A stretch of 64,000 nt of DNA from Octopus sinensis (Eukaryota). Location: NCBI RefSeq assembly GCF_006345805.1, contig NC_043003.1:92566001-92630000 (forward strand). The letters run 5' to 3'. A program made the translations under genes and the position numbers. Under the pieces are notes generated by a model. It saw nothing but the letters and a program-made list of their open reading frames with translations. It searched no databases and was not told where the DNA came from. The first letter of the stretch is position 1, and every line of letters begins with the position of its first letter. This document shows positions 26,511-39,505 of this stretch, piece after piece.

Positions 26511-28317
26511 TGCCCATATTTTGTTTTTATTCTTGAATACTCCCTACTTAGCTAAAAAAAAAAAGTGTAGGCATGTGAATTGCTCCATATCTCACACAAT
26601 AAAGTAATAGTCATTTAGAATGACGAAAGAAATTATTAAATTATGATAAACTGAAATAAAAGATGTTAAATTATATGAATAAATTCACTTGTATAAATAG
26701 ATAGTTATTTTGAACAAACAGCTCTGGCATATGTTAGTCATAAGCAAAAATGAAAATTCAACTTTGAATGTTAGAAAAATTACATTAATGCCACTTGAGG
26801 AGGGATTATCTTCAGAGTATGTAATTCACTAAATATCAGCTTGTGCAATTATCTGACTCTTGGAAACAACCAATAGCTGCTAGATGTCAACCTCAAGTGT
26901 TTCAAAAATGATAATATCTGTCTTAAATTTGACTTTTTCTGTCAAAGCAATTTCATTGCTTTATAGCAAAACAAAATATACTTTAAGAATATATATATTT
27001 TTTAATGGTATATCAAAATTTGACAGACTACTTAAAGTGTCACCAAGGGCAAGACTGGATAAACTATCAACTTGTATCTTGTCTTCTATATTGGATAATG
27101 TTTCTAATTTGTAAAATATATTTCTATATATTTTACAACTATTGCATAATTATATATAGAGATGTAAAGTTACATAAAAGTTATAAAGTATATGTATATA
27201 TGTTAATGAGAGGTTGACCCAGCTCCATGTATATATTTTAATGAGAAGTTGACTCAGCTCCAAGTTGCATTGGATTGTTGGACAAAACCATCTCATCAGA
27301 TATCTGAGATTGATCTATCTTACAAGCCCACAAAACTTTAAGCCATCCAGTGCTGAGTGAAACTTATTGAAAAATATACATGACTGCTACCGAGTACCTC
27401 TTTTTTTCATTTGTGCACTCACTCATATACACTTCCCCTTAGATTTTTCTACATGCCGATTCATTTACAAGAACATGGACTAAAAACTTCTTAAGAAAAT
27501 ACAAAATTGCAATAATTTCAATGTCATGATTAGCAAAATGCAAAACTGGTTGACTATTACAAATACTCTACCCTTTAAATTTATTAAAACTATGTGAACT
27601 ATGTGCATTTTCCTTCTGTTATTATATATTTTTGCATTACAACTCACCATGTGGGGATAATCGCTTTAACAAAATTCTTTTTTACCGTGTGTGTATAAAT
27701 ATATTTCAGTGAAGCTAGTAAATCTTGTTTGTACATCCAAACACACACACAAAATATTTTTGCCACTGTCCAAAACAACAGAATATGTATAGCATAATTA
27801 TTTCCCAACAAACTCTTCTCCATATAGAGAAGAACTATCCTCTGATACAACCTGCTTCTAAACGTACACAGCTGTTTTCTCAACAGGATAACAAACAAGT
27901 CGAGTCTAGAATTTGTTTTAAATAGAAAGCTACCAAATCAAATTCTCAAGGATATGTATGTCAATCTTAAACAATACTATGCTAACATCTTGCTTTTTTG
28001 CAATAAAACAAAATTCAACCCAATATAAATATAAAAATACCAAACAAGAACAAACTTGTCATAACTCAAAACCTATTGTGACAGGAACTGAACTTGTAAT
28101 CAAGTTTACTGTTTGGTATCAACAAAAATGACCTGACTATATACAAAAGATACTTTTCATACACAAAACATTATTGCATACTTTTTTTGGTATTATATTA
28201 TTTTAAAGTATATACTGAAATGTAATAGTTCCTTCTATCATATAGACAAAAGGATTTATACATTACCTATTCTACATAATATACATATCTTATACATACA
28301 TATTTTAGATATATATC

Positions 28318-28525
28318 TTTTCTACTATAGGAACAAGACCTGCAATTTGGGGGAGAGGAATAGTCGATTATACTAACCCCAGTACACAACTGGTACTTAT
28401 AATTTCGATCCCAAAAGAATGAAAGACAAAGTTGACCTTGGCAGAATTTGAACTCAGAACATGAAAATGGATGAAATACCACTAAGCACTTCATCCAGCA
28501 TGCCAATGATTCTGCCAGCTTGCTG
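28318..28525 (-). mobile_element. SINE family B copy followed by a (TA)/(TACA) microsatellite
   Basis: Shares the AAAGTTGACCTTGGCAGAATTTGAACTCAGAAC block with 26310-26510 and 41195-41412. Confidence 0.7.
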
Positions 28526-28544
28526 CCTTTATATTTACATATAT

Positions 28545-28590
<46 letters not shown>

Positions 28591-28651
28591 CATACATACA
28601 TACATATATATATATACATACATATACATACAAACATACATATACATACAA

Positions 28652-28693
<42 letters not shown>

Positions 28694-29388
28694 ACACCAC
28701 ACACACATGTGTGTGTATTGTATGTATATTTATATAATATAGATGATTGAGTTCACACTCGGATGAATTGCAATTGACCCCCAATCATGACAATGTCTTG
28801 TTATTGATAAAATTTTGGTCCAACCAAAACCCAGAATCAAACAAATTTTTCCTCTTAAAAATTCACATACAATCCTTACAAGTTACTTATCACTCTACAT
28901 ATGAAAAATTTCCAACCTTTCCACGTACGAATATTACTCGCCGACACCAGTCTCAAAATAGATAGCTTTCATTCATAGCTTTACATTGTTTCAGCTGTAT
29001 TATTATTAATATTCAGAGCAGTGCCTCTTAAGCTTTTTTTTTTTTAATTATCACCCATATCCTTTATTAACACATTATCAATGCCTCTCACCACCACCAT
29101 TTTTTGATGTACATATTTGTAATATCAGACCAGAGTAATTTAGTTCTCAGTACTAGTTTGACATAGGTGGCTACTCACCATATATAGCACCATCCTACTA
29201 TAAAGCAATAACTATAAGCACTAATAATTCTACCATTCTACTGATTTTAGAACAATCCAGAATAAGGCCCTTCATACTCCCAGTTTTGTTTTTCAATAAA
29301 AACTTAACTATTACTTATGGAAAAAATCCACAATAAAAACAAAATCTCTAAAGGTATTTTCAGAGAAAATGTTACATATATATATATA

Positions 29389-29588
29389 TATAATACAAAT
29401 AAGAAAATGGAGAAACAAATTTGGTTTGTTCATCAACTTTCGGATATTATAGTGCTGGATTATTTATTCATTTAACAAAATGAGAACATCAATAGCATAC
29501 ATATATATCTTATAATTCAATAGATATAAGATACCGAAAGTTGATGATCAAACTAAATTGGTTTCTCCATTTTCTTATTTGTATTATA
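29389..29588. repeat. 55-bp inverted repeat with a ~90-bp spacer
   Basis: 29389-29443 versus 29534-29588, with 3 mismatches. Confidence 0.85.
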
Positions 29589-32500
29589 AATTTACGGTAA
29601 AAAATATTTCTTTACCTTCACCCGTTTAATACAATAAACGAGTAAATTGCATTGCAATAAAAAACATTTATGTATTTAGAATCTGGGTACTTTACCAACA
29701 GTATATTGGATGATATCCCATAGTGGGTTACACCCATAACCCCTATCTTACTTTGTACTATATATATATACAGCTTTGCTTATTTATATATACACATTTA
29801 AGTTTATTATTGTCGATGAGGTTGTTGTGATTGTGTCCAACAAGCAGGCTTATCATATTACAATTAATTTTTTTTTTAGATAAGAGTCAAAAACTAAAAA
29901 GACAATACAGATTTATTTGTTGTTCCCACTCATCCCTATTGTCCCTAATATCCAAATAAAATTTTACACTGCCCCTCCACTATGATGTAGTACCAGTCAC
30001 TTTGAGAAGAACTCAGATTTAAGTTTTCTTCTATCAGCTTTGTGTTACATAGGATGACAGACAACATCCTAGATATTCCATTAATTAGAGGATCTGTGTG
30101 GTATTATTCCCTCTTCAAGCCATTCAAAGTTAATAATAATACAAAGGGTAGAAATATTCTCATAACAGGCACTAGGGTTTATACTTTCATCTTTCTCTAA
30201 AGCACAAGTATCACTAAGAACTAAATATCAAAAGGTATTTTGCCCAACACTATTTTACCATTCTACTTATTTAAAAACAATCCAGAATAAGGCCCATCCT
30301 GCTCCCAGTTTTGTTTTTCAATGAAAACTTAACTATCACTATGGAAAAAAATCCAAGATAAAAAAAAAAATCTCTCAAGCTATTTTCAGAGAAAATCTTA
30401 CATTGATTAGAAAAATTATTTGGAATCATCAACCAATAGCAATCTGTTAAATTATGTTTATGAGATATTCTAACAACATATCTTGAGTAGATTTGATTCT
30501 AACACTGAAATAACTCATTTGAATTAATAAAGCATTTTGGACTGCAGAAGTCAGCAAATTAAACACTGACAGAATTACATTCTAAATGGCTTGCAAGATT
30601 TCTTTTCCTCAATTGCTTCTTTTTTTTCCTTCTTTTCTTTTAATTTCTTCCCTATACTGTAATGATTCCATTGGTCTATCCCAATCTAGACTTCTTTAGT
30701 TCACTTCAACTATTTGAGTTTAACATCCATGTTATTCATGCATAAATTCTCTATATCTCACTGATTCACATTTATTTCACTCTTCAAACAAAGTCATTCA
30801 CTTTCATGCACCAACATCATACCAGAAATATTTTCAATTTCGTTTTTTATTTTTACCAATAATTTAATTTCTTTCAGGTCATCTCTCAAAAACAGAAATT
30901 CCTTAGTCTTTGCCAAGTTTACCCTTTACTATTCCAGGGACTAGCAACTTCATCTGCCTCTTTCAAGAGTGCTCTTTTCTGAAGTCTAATGAGAGATTTT
31001 ATACATACAGGAGCGAAAATACAATACCTAATTGCACACTTACCTGGACCTCAAATCTCTTGTTAACATAACTTCTAGTAAGAGACTTATTTGAACAAGG
31101 GGAAAACATGAAAGGGGTAAAAGGGAGGGAGATTGTACATAAAGTCAAGTTCATTTGTTTGTCAGAGTTAACCCTTTAGCAATCAAACCGGCCATATCCG
31201 GCCAAAATATTTAACCTGTTTTATATTGAAACTGACCAGATCTCGCCTCTCACCTCAGCCCTACCATGTCATTCTAAAACTAAAATATCACATCACTGCA
31301 ATCTCTAAACTACAAGATAATGCATGATTAATTCAAACTATTTTAAATAAGCAAACATAACATTTGACAGAATAATCTGAACACTAAAGGGTCAAAGGAG
31401 ATTGAGTTTGTTACATAATGTGGAATGGGGCAATCAAAATTAAGTATGACAGTTCAATAAATTTACAATAGATGGACCGAGAGACAAGTACTGCTATTGA
31501 AGATCAAAGTGCCTAAAAATACATTCAGCATTATATAGCATAAATTAAGATTCTATATCTTTACAAACAAGAGACCAATTTGAGAACTATTTAGGTATAT
31601 TCAGGAAGAATTAGATAAACCATAAAACAACTCTAAAATTGCATAAGAATGATGAAAAACCTACAATCTACAAGACTTTTTTTTTTTTTTTTAGAATAAA
31701 ATAAATTCTTGAGATGAAATTGAAATGAAAGGAATTCCAGAAGAATGAAAAGCAAAACTACTTCACATCCTGCAAATCACATAAACCAACTGGAAAAATC
31801 TAGAAAACCTGTTAAAGTAAGCAAATGTCTTTTATATCTCATAAGCTGCACTGAATTGATAGGAATTCTACAACAATGCATTATGTATGGTAAGCAAAAC
31901 TATTTCATATTCTAAATATCATAGAGAATAATTGGAAAATCCCAGAAGCTAAAGTAATGAAAAATTCTGATAATCTCAAAAGCTGCATTGAATTGGTAGA
32001 AAATTCTAGAAAAAAGTATTGAAGTAAAAAACTGGTTTCAATTTGTAGAAGCTAAAATAATAAAAAGCTTGAATTTTATTGAATTGATGGAAAATTCCAG
32101 AATATGTTAAAAGGAAAAATATATTTCATATTTTGTGAGCCATATAGAACAATTGGAAAATTCCACAAGAACTTGCTAAAACAAACAAAACCTTTCATAA
32201 GCAGTAAAGAATTGATGGAAAACTGAATTAGCATATATTGAAGAAAGACATATCTATTTCATTGGAAAATTCCAGAATCTGCTAAAGCTAAACTAGACAA
32301 ATCCTTTATATCTCTTAAATAGCATTGAATTGATGAAAAATTCCATTCCAAAATAATGTATTTATGATAAGCAAAATTTCATATTCTAAATGGCATGCAG
32401 AAAAACTGGAACATTCTAGAAGAATTTGCTGAAGTAATCGAAGCTTATATCTCAATAAATTAATACAAAATTTTAGAATGTATTGTGGTAAGCAAAACCT

Positions 32501-35450
32501 TATTTCATACACTGCATATCATATAGATTGACTGGAAAATTCCAGAACCAGCAGCTGAAGTTAAGGTAATCAAACCATTGTCTAATAAGCAATGTTGATA
32601 GACAGCTATAGTAGGGAACATCTAAGTAATAAATGTCACTCAGTTACAGTGACATAAGGCATAGACTGTTATAACAAGCTAGAACTAACAGAAATATAAT
32701 ATTGGAGAATTCAAGAATCTATTAATTCTGTGATGAAAGGTAAAGCCAGAAAACTACTATCATAGACTAGAACCACCAGACATCATTTATGAAATACTGG
32801 AAAAATCCAGAGTTTCTCAGTTTTGGTAAAAAAAGAATTATCATACAAGAATTATCAGACATCATTAATAAACACTGGAATATTTCACAGTCTGTTAGTT
32901 ATAGTGTTGAAGGGAAAAAGCAAGATCCAAAGCTAACAAGCGTCTTATAATGTTGGAAAATTCCTGAGTTTGTTAGTTTTGGTGCCAAAAGTTAAAGATT
33001 GCTACAACAAAAGATAAACATATCCAGAACAAACAGAAATATAATACTGGAAAGTTCCGGAGTGTGTCATTTATGGTGACAAAAGGTAATAAAAGACTGC
33101 AGTGACAGGCTAGAACTAAGAGAAATATATTATTGGAAAATTCCAGAGTATGTCAGTTATTGTGATTAAGGTAATTTTGGAAGATTATTTGGCAGAACCA
33201 AGAGACAAAATATATAACACTGGAACATTCTAGAATCTGTCAGCTATGACAAAGAGTAAAAACAGATCCAGAGCTAAGAAAACTATTATAATACTGGAAA
33301 ATTCCTTAATGTATCATTTATAATGACAAGTGGCAATACTGGACAACTGCTATAACAGGTCAAAACGGACATAAAATGCTGAAAAATTCCAGAGTCTGTC
33401 ATTTGTAGTAACAAAAAGCTAAGACTGCAATAACAGGTTAGAACTAACAGAAATATCATATTGGAGAATTCAAGCATCTGTTAATTCTGTGACAAAAGGT
33501 AGGATGGAAGACTCCTGCAGCAGGCCAGAATTTATCAAATAAGAAATACAGAAAAATTCCAAAGTTTCTCAATTAATAACAAAAGGTAAAGTCTACTATA
33601 ACACAAGAATTGTCAGGCATTATGTGAGCTAATAGACATTTGTCAGCGTTTTTGCCAAAAGCTAGACTGCAGTAACAAAATATTGGAAAGTTCCAGAGTG
33701 TGTCATTTATGGTGACAAAAGATAATATTAACAGACTACTTTAACAGGCTAGAACTAACAGAAATATATTATTGGAAGTTTGTGACAAAGGTAATTTTAA
33801 AAGATTGTAGGACAGAACTAAGAGACAATATATAACACTGGAACATTCTAGAATCTGTCAGTTATGACAAAGAGCAAAAATAGATCCAGAGGTAAGAAGA
33901 ATATTATAAACTGGAAAATTTTAGAGTCATTTTTGGTGCCAAAAATCAGCAACTGCTTTAACAAAAGATGAAGAATTAATAAAAATATAATATTGGAAAA
34001 CTTCAGTGTCATTTCCAGAAACCAAAGATAATAATAGGTGACTGTTATAGCAAGCCCGAGCAGCTATATAATGTTGGAAAATTCTAGAGTCTGCTAGTTA
34101 TGATGACAAAAGGTATGACTGCTATAAAAGGTCAGAACAGAAATATAATACAGGAAAGTTCCAGAATCTGCCAGTTCTGTGACAAAAGGTGGGCTGAAAG
34201 ACTGCTACAGCAGATCTAGATTATCGTATATAAGAAATACTGGAAAATTCCAGAGTTTCTCAGTTGGTAACAAAATTAAAGACTACTCTAGCAAACAAGA
34301 ATTATCAGACATCATGTGAATAATACTGGATATTCCACAGTCTGCTGGTTATAATGCCAAAGGATAAAGACAAGTTCCAGAGCTAATCAGCAACTTATGA
34401 TATTAGAAAATTCCCAAGTTTGTCAGTTTTGGTGCTAAAAGTGAAAGACTGCTTTAGCAAAAGATGAAAACTTTCCAAAACATTTCATTTATGATGACAA
34501 AAGATAATACCGGAAGACTGCTATAATAGACCAGAACTAATAGAAATATATTATAGGAAAATTCCAAAGTGCTTCAGTTACAGTGACAAAAGGACAGCTC
34601 CAAAGCTAACAGACATATTATTGGAAAACGCTAGAGTATGTCGGTTAAGTTGACCAAAGTTAAAGAATGCTATGGTAGGCCAAAAAAAATAAACATAGTG
34701 TAATATTGGAAAATTGGTAATATTGGAATACTGCTTCAGCATAGAGAACTAAAAGACATAAGTAATACTAGAAGATATTCCAACTGCAGTGACAAACGTA
34801 ATGTTGGAAGACTGCTGTCTGAACAAATAACTATTATAAAAGGACAACTGGAAAGTTCCAAGATCTGTCAGATACTGTGACAAAAGTTAAAGACTGCTAA
34901 GGTGGGCTAGAACTAACAGACATTGCGTAAGTAGTACTAGAAAATTCTAGGGTCTGTTACTTATGATAACAGAGGATGAAGACTGCTCTGGCACTAGTAG
35001 ATATTTTGCATTAACTGAAAAATTCCTAAGTTTTTAAGTTATCGTGACAGGTGACATAAAATAAAGGCTGCTGTAACAAGTCAGAACTACGAGAAATGTG
35101 ATAACAGAAAATTTCAAACTTGACAAATCTGAAGACAGCTATATGGCAGACTAAAATAGAAGACATCATATATTGGAAAATTCCAGCGTGTTGTCACATA
35201 TGACAGAAAGGTATGTTGAAAGACTGCTCGGCTACAGAGAAGTAACAGATAGGCATCATCAAAGTAATACTGGAAAATTCCAAAGTCTGTCAGATATAGT
35301 GACAAAGGACAGAACTAATGTATCATTTAGCAAAGTGCAAGTGTATGACAAAATGTAAGCTTAGAAGACTGCTATTGTAGACCCGAACTATATGACATGT
35401 AATGCTGAAAAATTCCAGAATCTTAATTATAGTGACAAAGTGTAATGATT

Positions 35451-35783
35451 TCGTTTTTGGATTTGGTTTGCAAGATTCTTTATATGAGTTCGTGTGTTGA
35501 AGCATATTCTGTTGTGTCTGGGGAGAGTCATTTTCTTTTTGTGCCTTATTATTTAACACACTCACCGGTAAAATTTCCACTTTTTTTCTTATTTTTATTG
35601 GCCTAAAATTTTCGTTGCGTCTTGCAACCTTTTCAATAGTTTTGAGCCAAAACTATTGAAAAGGTTGCAAGACGTAACGAAAATTTTAGGACAATAAAAA
35701 TAAGAAAAAAAGTGGAAATTTTACCAGTGAGAGTGTTGAAAAATAAGGCACAAAAAGAAAATGACTCTCCCCGGACACAACAG
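35451..35783. mobile_element. 333-bp insertion containing a 136-bp-arm palindrome, 10-bp TSD (Penelope-like inverted tail)
   Basis: TSD TGTAATGATT at 35441-35450 and 35784-35793. Arms 35509-35644 and 35648-35783 with a 3-nt loop. Confidence 0.8.
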
Positions 35784-35924
35784 TGTAATGATTGTTCCAG
35801 AGCTAATGGACATCTTATACTGAAACATTCCAGAGTTTGTTAGTTTTAGCACCAAAATATAAAGATTGCTATAACAGGCCAGAACTAACAGATATATAAT
35901 ATTGGAGATATAGCAGTATCAGCC

Positions 35925-36092
35925 TTGCCTTTCCCTTAGATAACATTGGTGGCACGGTGAGGGAAGGCTGGTACGCATGGGTGACTGCTGGTCTTCTATA
36001 AACAAACTTGCCCAGACTTGTACCTCAGAGGATAACTTTCTAGGTGCAATCCCCATGGTCATTCATGACAGAAGGGGTTCTTTACTCTTTAA
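35925..36092 (+). mobile_element. SINE 3' fragment inserted in the tandem array
   Basis: Homologous to the reverse complement of 49665-49800 (GCATGGG-GACTGCTGGTCTT...AACTTTCTAGGTGCAATCC). Confidence 0.65.
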
Positions 36093-37644
36093 TATTGGAG
36101 AGTTTTAGAGTCTGCCAGTTATAGAGATAAAAAGTATTATAATTAACAGATGTATTATATTATTAGAAAATTCCAGAATTTATCAGAAATGTTGAACAAA
36201 AATAAAGACTGTTATGGGAGGCCAACATAATAGTATTGGAAAATTCCAGAGTTTGTCACTTTTGATGACAAAAAGTAATGGTCTGCAAGAAAATCTAAAA
36301 GACCTAAGAAATAACAGAAAATTCCAGAGTGTCGGTTATAGTGACACATATAATGTTGGAAAACTGCTATAGCATTCCTCCACTGACAGACATCATAAAA
36401 GGAACATCAGAAAGTTCCAGAATGTCAGTTATAACGACAAAAGTTAAAGACTGTTATGGCAGGTCAGAATTAACAGTTATCAATAATATTTGAAAATTCC
36501 AGAATCTGTCAGTTATGAAGACAAAAGGTTAAACTGAAAAACTTCCTCGGAAGGCCAGAAAGAGTAGAAACTACTCAAAAGCTAGTAGGCAATATTATAA
36601 AATTAGAAATATTCATGGTGACAAAAGTTCTTACTAGAAAGCACCAGAGTTTGTTACTTAGAATAACAAAAAGATTGTTATGACACACTAGATGTCACAT
36701 ATGGTGGAAAATTCTATTGTCTATCAGTTATGATAACAAAAGGTAAGATTGGAAGAGTGCTGTAGCAGGTCAGAACTAAGAATGTCAGTTACACTAACAA
36801 AAAGTAATGTTGGAAGATTATATTATACAAGTAAGACTGGAAAATTCCGGAGTCTGTCATATATGGAGACAAAGAGTGAAAGACAGACAGCTTCAGAGCC
36901 AACTGGAAAATTCTAGTTTTACAGTTATGGTGATTGCTATAAGTGGCTAGAATAGACACATGTAATATTAGGAAATTCCAGAGTCTGTCATATTTGGTGA
37001 TCTCCAGGAAAGTTTTGCAAGTTATGCACCAATAAACAGTAAGTAGCATAACAATTTTGTAGAAAATACCTGTAAAAATTCTATGCAAACTCCAACATAT
37101 AAAAAAAAAAAGCTTACCGAAAATCTTACACAAAATAAAGAAATGCTTTGAATTCTAAAAGGTATCAGCATAGGACCAGCAAAGGCCATGTGCAGGGTCT
37201 TTGGAACTTCATATCTCACAACCAAGCCAAGAAAACAAAAGAGAAATGCAAAATATCATAATAGTGAGATGGAAACCTAAAACCCTGTCAAAATAATAAA
37301 AACAATAATAAATCATTCTAGAAAATGTCTCATATATCCCTAAAACCGTGATTAGAAGAAATGAAAAATTCCAGAGTTCAAAGGGTTAACGAAGAACAAT
37401 TCGACAAAACTACAGATGTCACTACGACTTTGTCACTTCATAATTTTATCAAAAACGCATATTTTTTTTAACTAAAATTTTCTACAAATAAGTCTTAGAT
37501 GGTGTAAATAACGATTATGTCGGAATTTGGTGTGAAAAAGAAAGTTGGAGGGAGGGATGACGTTTCGCATAATTCCCACCTCTCGACATTTTTATTTTCT
37601 TATAAATTTGAAAAACATATTTTTTAATGAAATTTTCAACAATA

Positions 37645-37977
37645 GGCGCAGGCGTGGCTATGTGGTAAGTAGTTTACTTCCGAACTACGTGGTTCTGGGT
37701 TCAGTCCCACTGCGTGACACTTTGTGCAAGTGTCTTCTGCTATTGTCTCGGGTTGTCAGCCAAAGCCTCGTGAGTGGATTTGATAGTGGAAAACCGCTTG
37801 ACAACCAGTGTCGTCGTGCCTACGTTTCCGTAACTTAGCGATTCGGCAAAAGAGAACCGAGAGAATATGTACCAGGCTTAAAAAGAAAATACTGGGGTCG
37901 ATTCGTTCGACTAAAATTCTTCGTGGCAGTGCCCCAGCATGGCCGCAGTCCAACGACTGAAACAATAAAAGATAAAG
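37645..37977 (+). mobile_element. SINE family A copy with an internal deletion
   Basis: GGCGCAGGCGTGGCTATGTGG head, GGTTCAGTCCC B box, and the same tail as 7290-7690. Confidence 0.8.
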
Positions 37978-38664
37978 CATAGATACGTTTCAGATGTGGA
38001 TTATGAATAAATTGGAAATTGATGTGAAAAACTTTTGCTGGGGAGGAGCATAATTCATCAAAATTTATGAGAAAACAAAATCAAGGTTGTGCGAATTATC
38101 CGATCCTACAATTTCTTTTACAGCATCAAATTCTGAGATAATTGTAATCTATATTATCCGAAATGTATTAGCTGAAAATTTCAGGAAAGAATTTTAAAAT
38201 TTTTCCAGAAAGTTACGAGGAAACGAAGTGGTCATGCATGAATTATCCGAAACTCCAAAACAAATTTTCACAACTAATTCCGATATCTGGAAGCAGCACA
38301 CATCGATAGGTATGCCATTAATTCTTAAGAAATTGTCTGGAATCTGATAATAGAACGAGAATAAATAAATTCTTAAATATGTAACAATTTAAAACATAAT
38401 CTAGAAAGAGAAAAGATATCGTATGCATGTTTTCCGAATATAGAGACTGATCGATAAATGTATAACAGAAAATTCCAGAAACTTGGAATCAGAGTACCAG
38501 AAGAAAATGAATATTAGTTCCGAAAGTGAAGAATCTAAACAAACCAAAAATAACTCAATTTAAAATCTCCCTTTCTAGACAAAATGCAAACCAGCTAAGC
38601 AAAGCCAATGACTAATCGAAGTGTGAAGGTTAGACTGACATCAAAGCAGCGCTAAAGCACTCAC

Positions 38665-38950
38665 CATCCAAAATGATATTCTCGGGTTTTACCATGGGTA
38701 GTAGATAATTTAAAGGTACAAAAACTTCTTCTCCTCTAGGACTGTTCCCCAGACATACTGTACTAGATTGGGTGATTGATCCATAAAAGTTGGATTCTTG
38801 CATCCCTTTCTTAGTTGGCCATTTCATCCCGCATTTATTTGCTATCAACGTTGCCGCCAAAGTGGAACCATTGTTGCCTCCGATGCCCACCAGCATCACA
38901 CCAAGACGAGGAACTTTCCGCTCGGTTCGGAAAGTGTATTTAGTTGTTAA
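38665..38950 (-). CDS. ISYNA1: Inositol-3-phosphate synthase, coding exon 2 (LTTKYTFRTERKVPRLGVMLVGIGGNNGST...LLPMVKPENIILDG)
   Basis: Polypyrimidine acceptor ctcttcag|TTA and donor GATG|GTGAGT; 286 nt, ends phase 1. Contains the NAD-binding GxGGNNG motif and the YGS-TQ motif of MIPS. Confidence 0.96.
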
Positions 38951-39267
38951 CTGAAGAGAAAGAAGAAAACGGGAAAAGAAAACAAATGAACAACAATGGA
39001 TACAAGGTGATAGCAAATATATTCTGGATTTAAAGGGAGAATTATAAACATACACATACATGCACATACACACCCACACGCGCGCGTACACGTCAATATA
39101 TACACAAATATATTACACGCACTAACATAAAATGATGCATGTATATTACAGATAAGGTAACGATAGCAATATGGAATTTAATTTTGATTTGGACACTATC
39201 TTGATTTATATTCATTGCTGTATAAAAACAATAAATTGGAAACAGCTATATGCGTGCGTCTATACAG

Positions 39268-39300
<33 letters not shown>

Positions 39301-39311
39301 CATATATATAT

Positions 39312-39350
<39 letters not shown>

Positions 39351-39505
39351 CATATAAGCAAATATGAACATATGTGCTGTCTGTATGTACATATACGTAT
39401 TTATTTATATGAAATGTACATGCATATCATTTATACACTCTAATAAAAAGTATTAATTAACATCAGGTAATGAAAATTTGTTAAATTCGTTTTTTTGACA
39501 CGTAC

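Larger units (their letters stand above)
31730..37380 (+). repeat. Degenerate tandem array with recurring (C/T)TGGAAAATTCCAG core, in ISYNA1 intron 2
   Basis: About 55 core-like occurrences counted by eye at ~65-95 bp spacing, all in one orientation. Exact TGGAAAATTCC starts at 32088, 32154, 32263, 32533, 32954, 33134, 33295, 34241, 35174, 35271, 36237 and 36838. Confidence 0.9.

Noticed and set aside
31730-37380. CRISPR-like appearance (short conserved motif with variable spacers)
   Set aside because: The spacers are homologous to each other, the period is irregular, the context is a eukaryotic intron, and no cas genes are present.
31730-37380. Array as a repetitive protein-coding exon
   Set aside because: The consensus has stops in the plus frames, indels break the periodicity, and the ORF track shows only short unrelated ORFs.
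38867-38899. GIGGNNG instead of GWGGNNG in the NAD-binding motif
   Set aside because: This position varies among MIPS enzymes (Leu in yeast Ino1), so it is not evidence of altered function.
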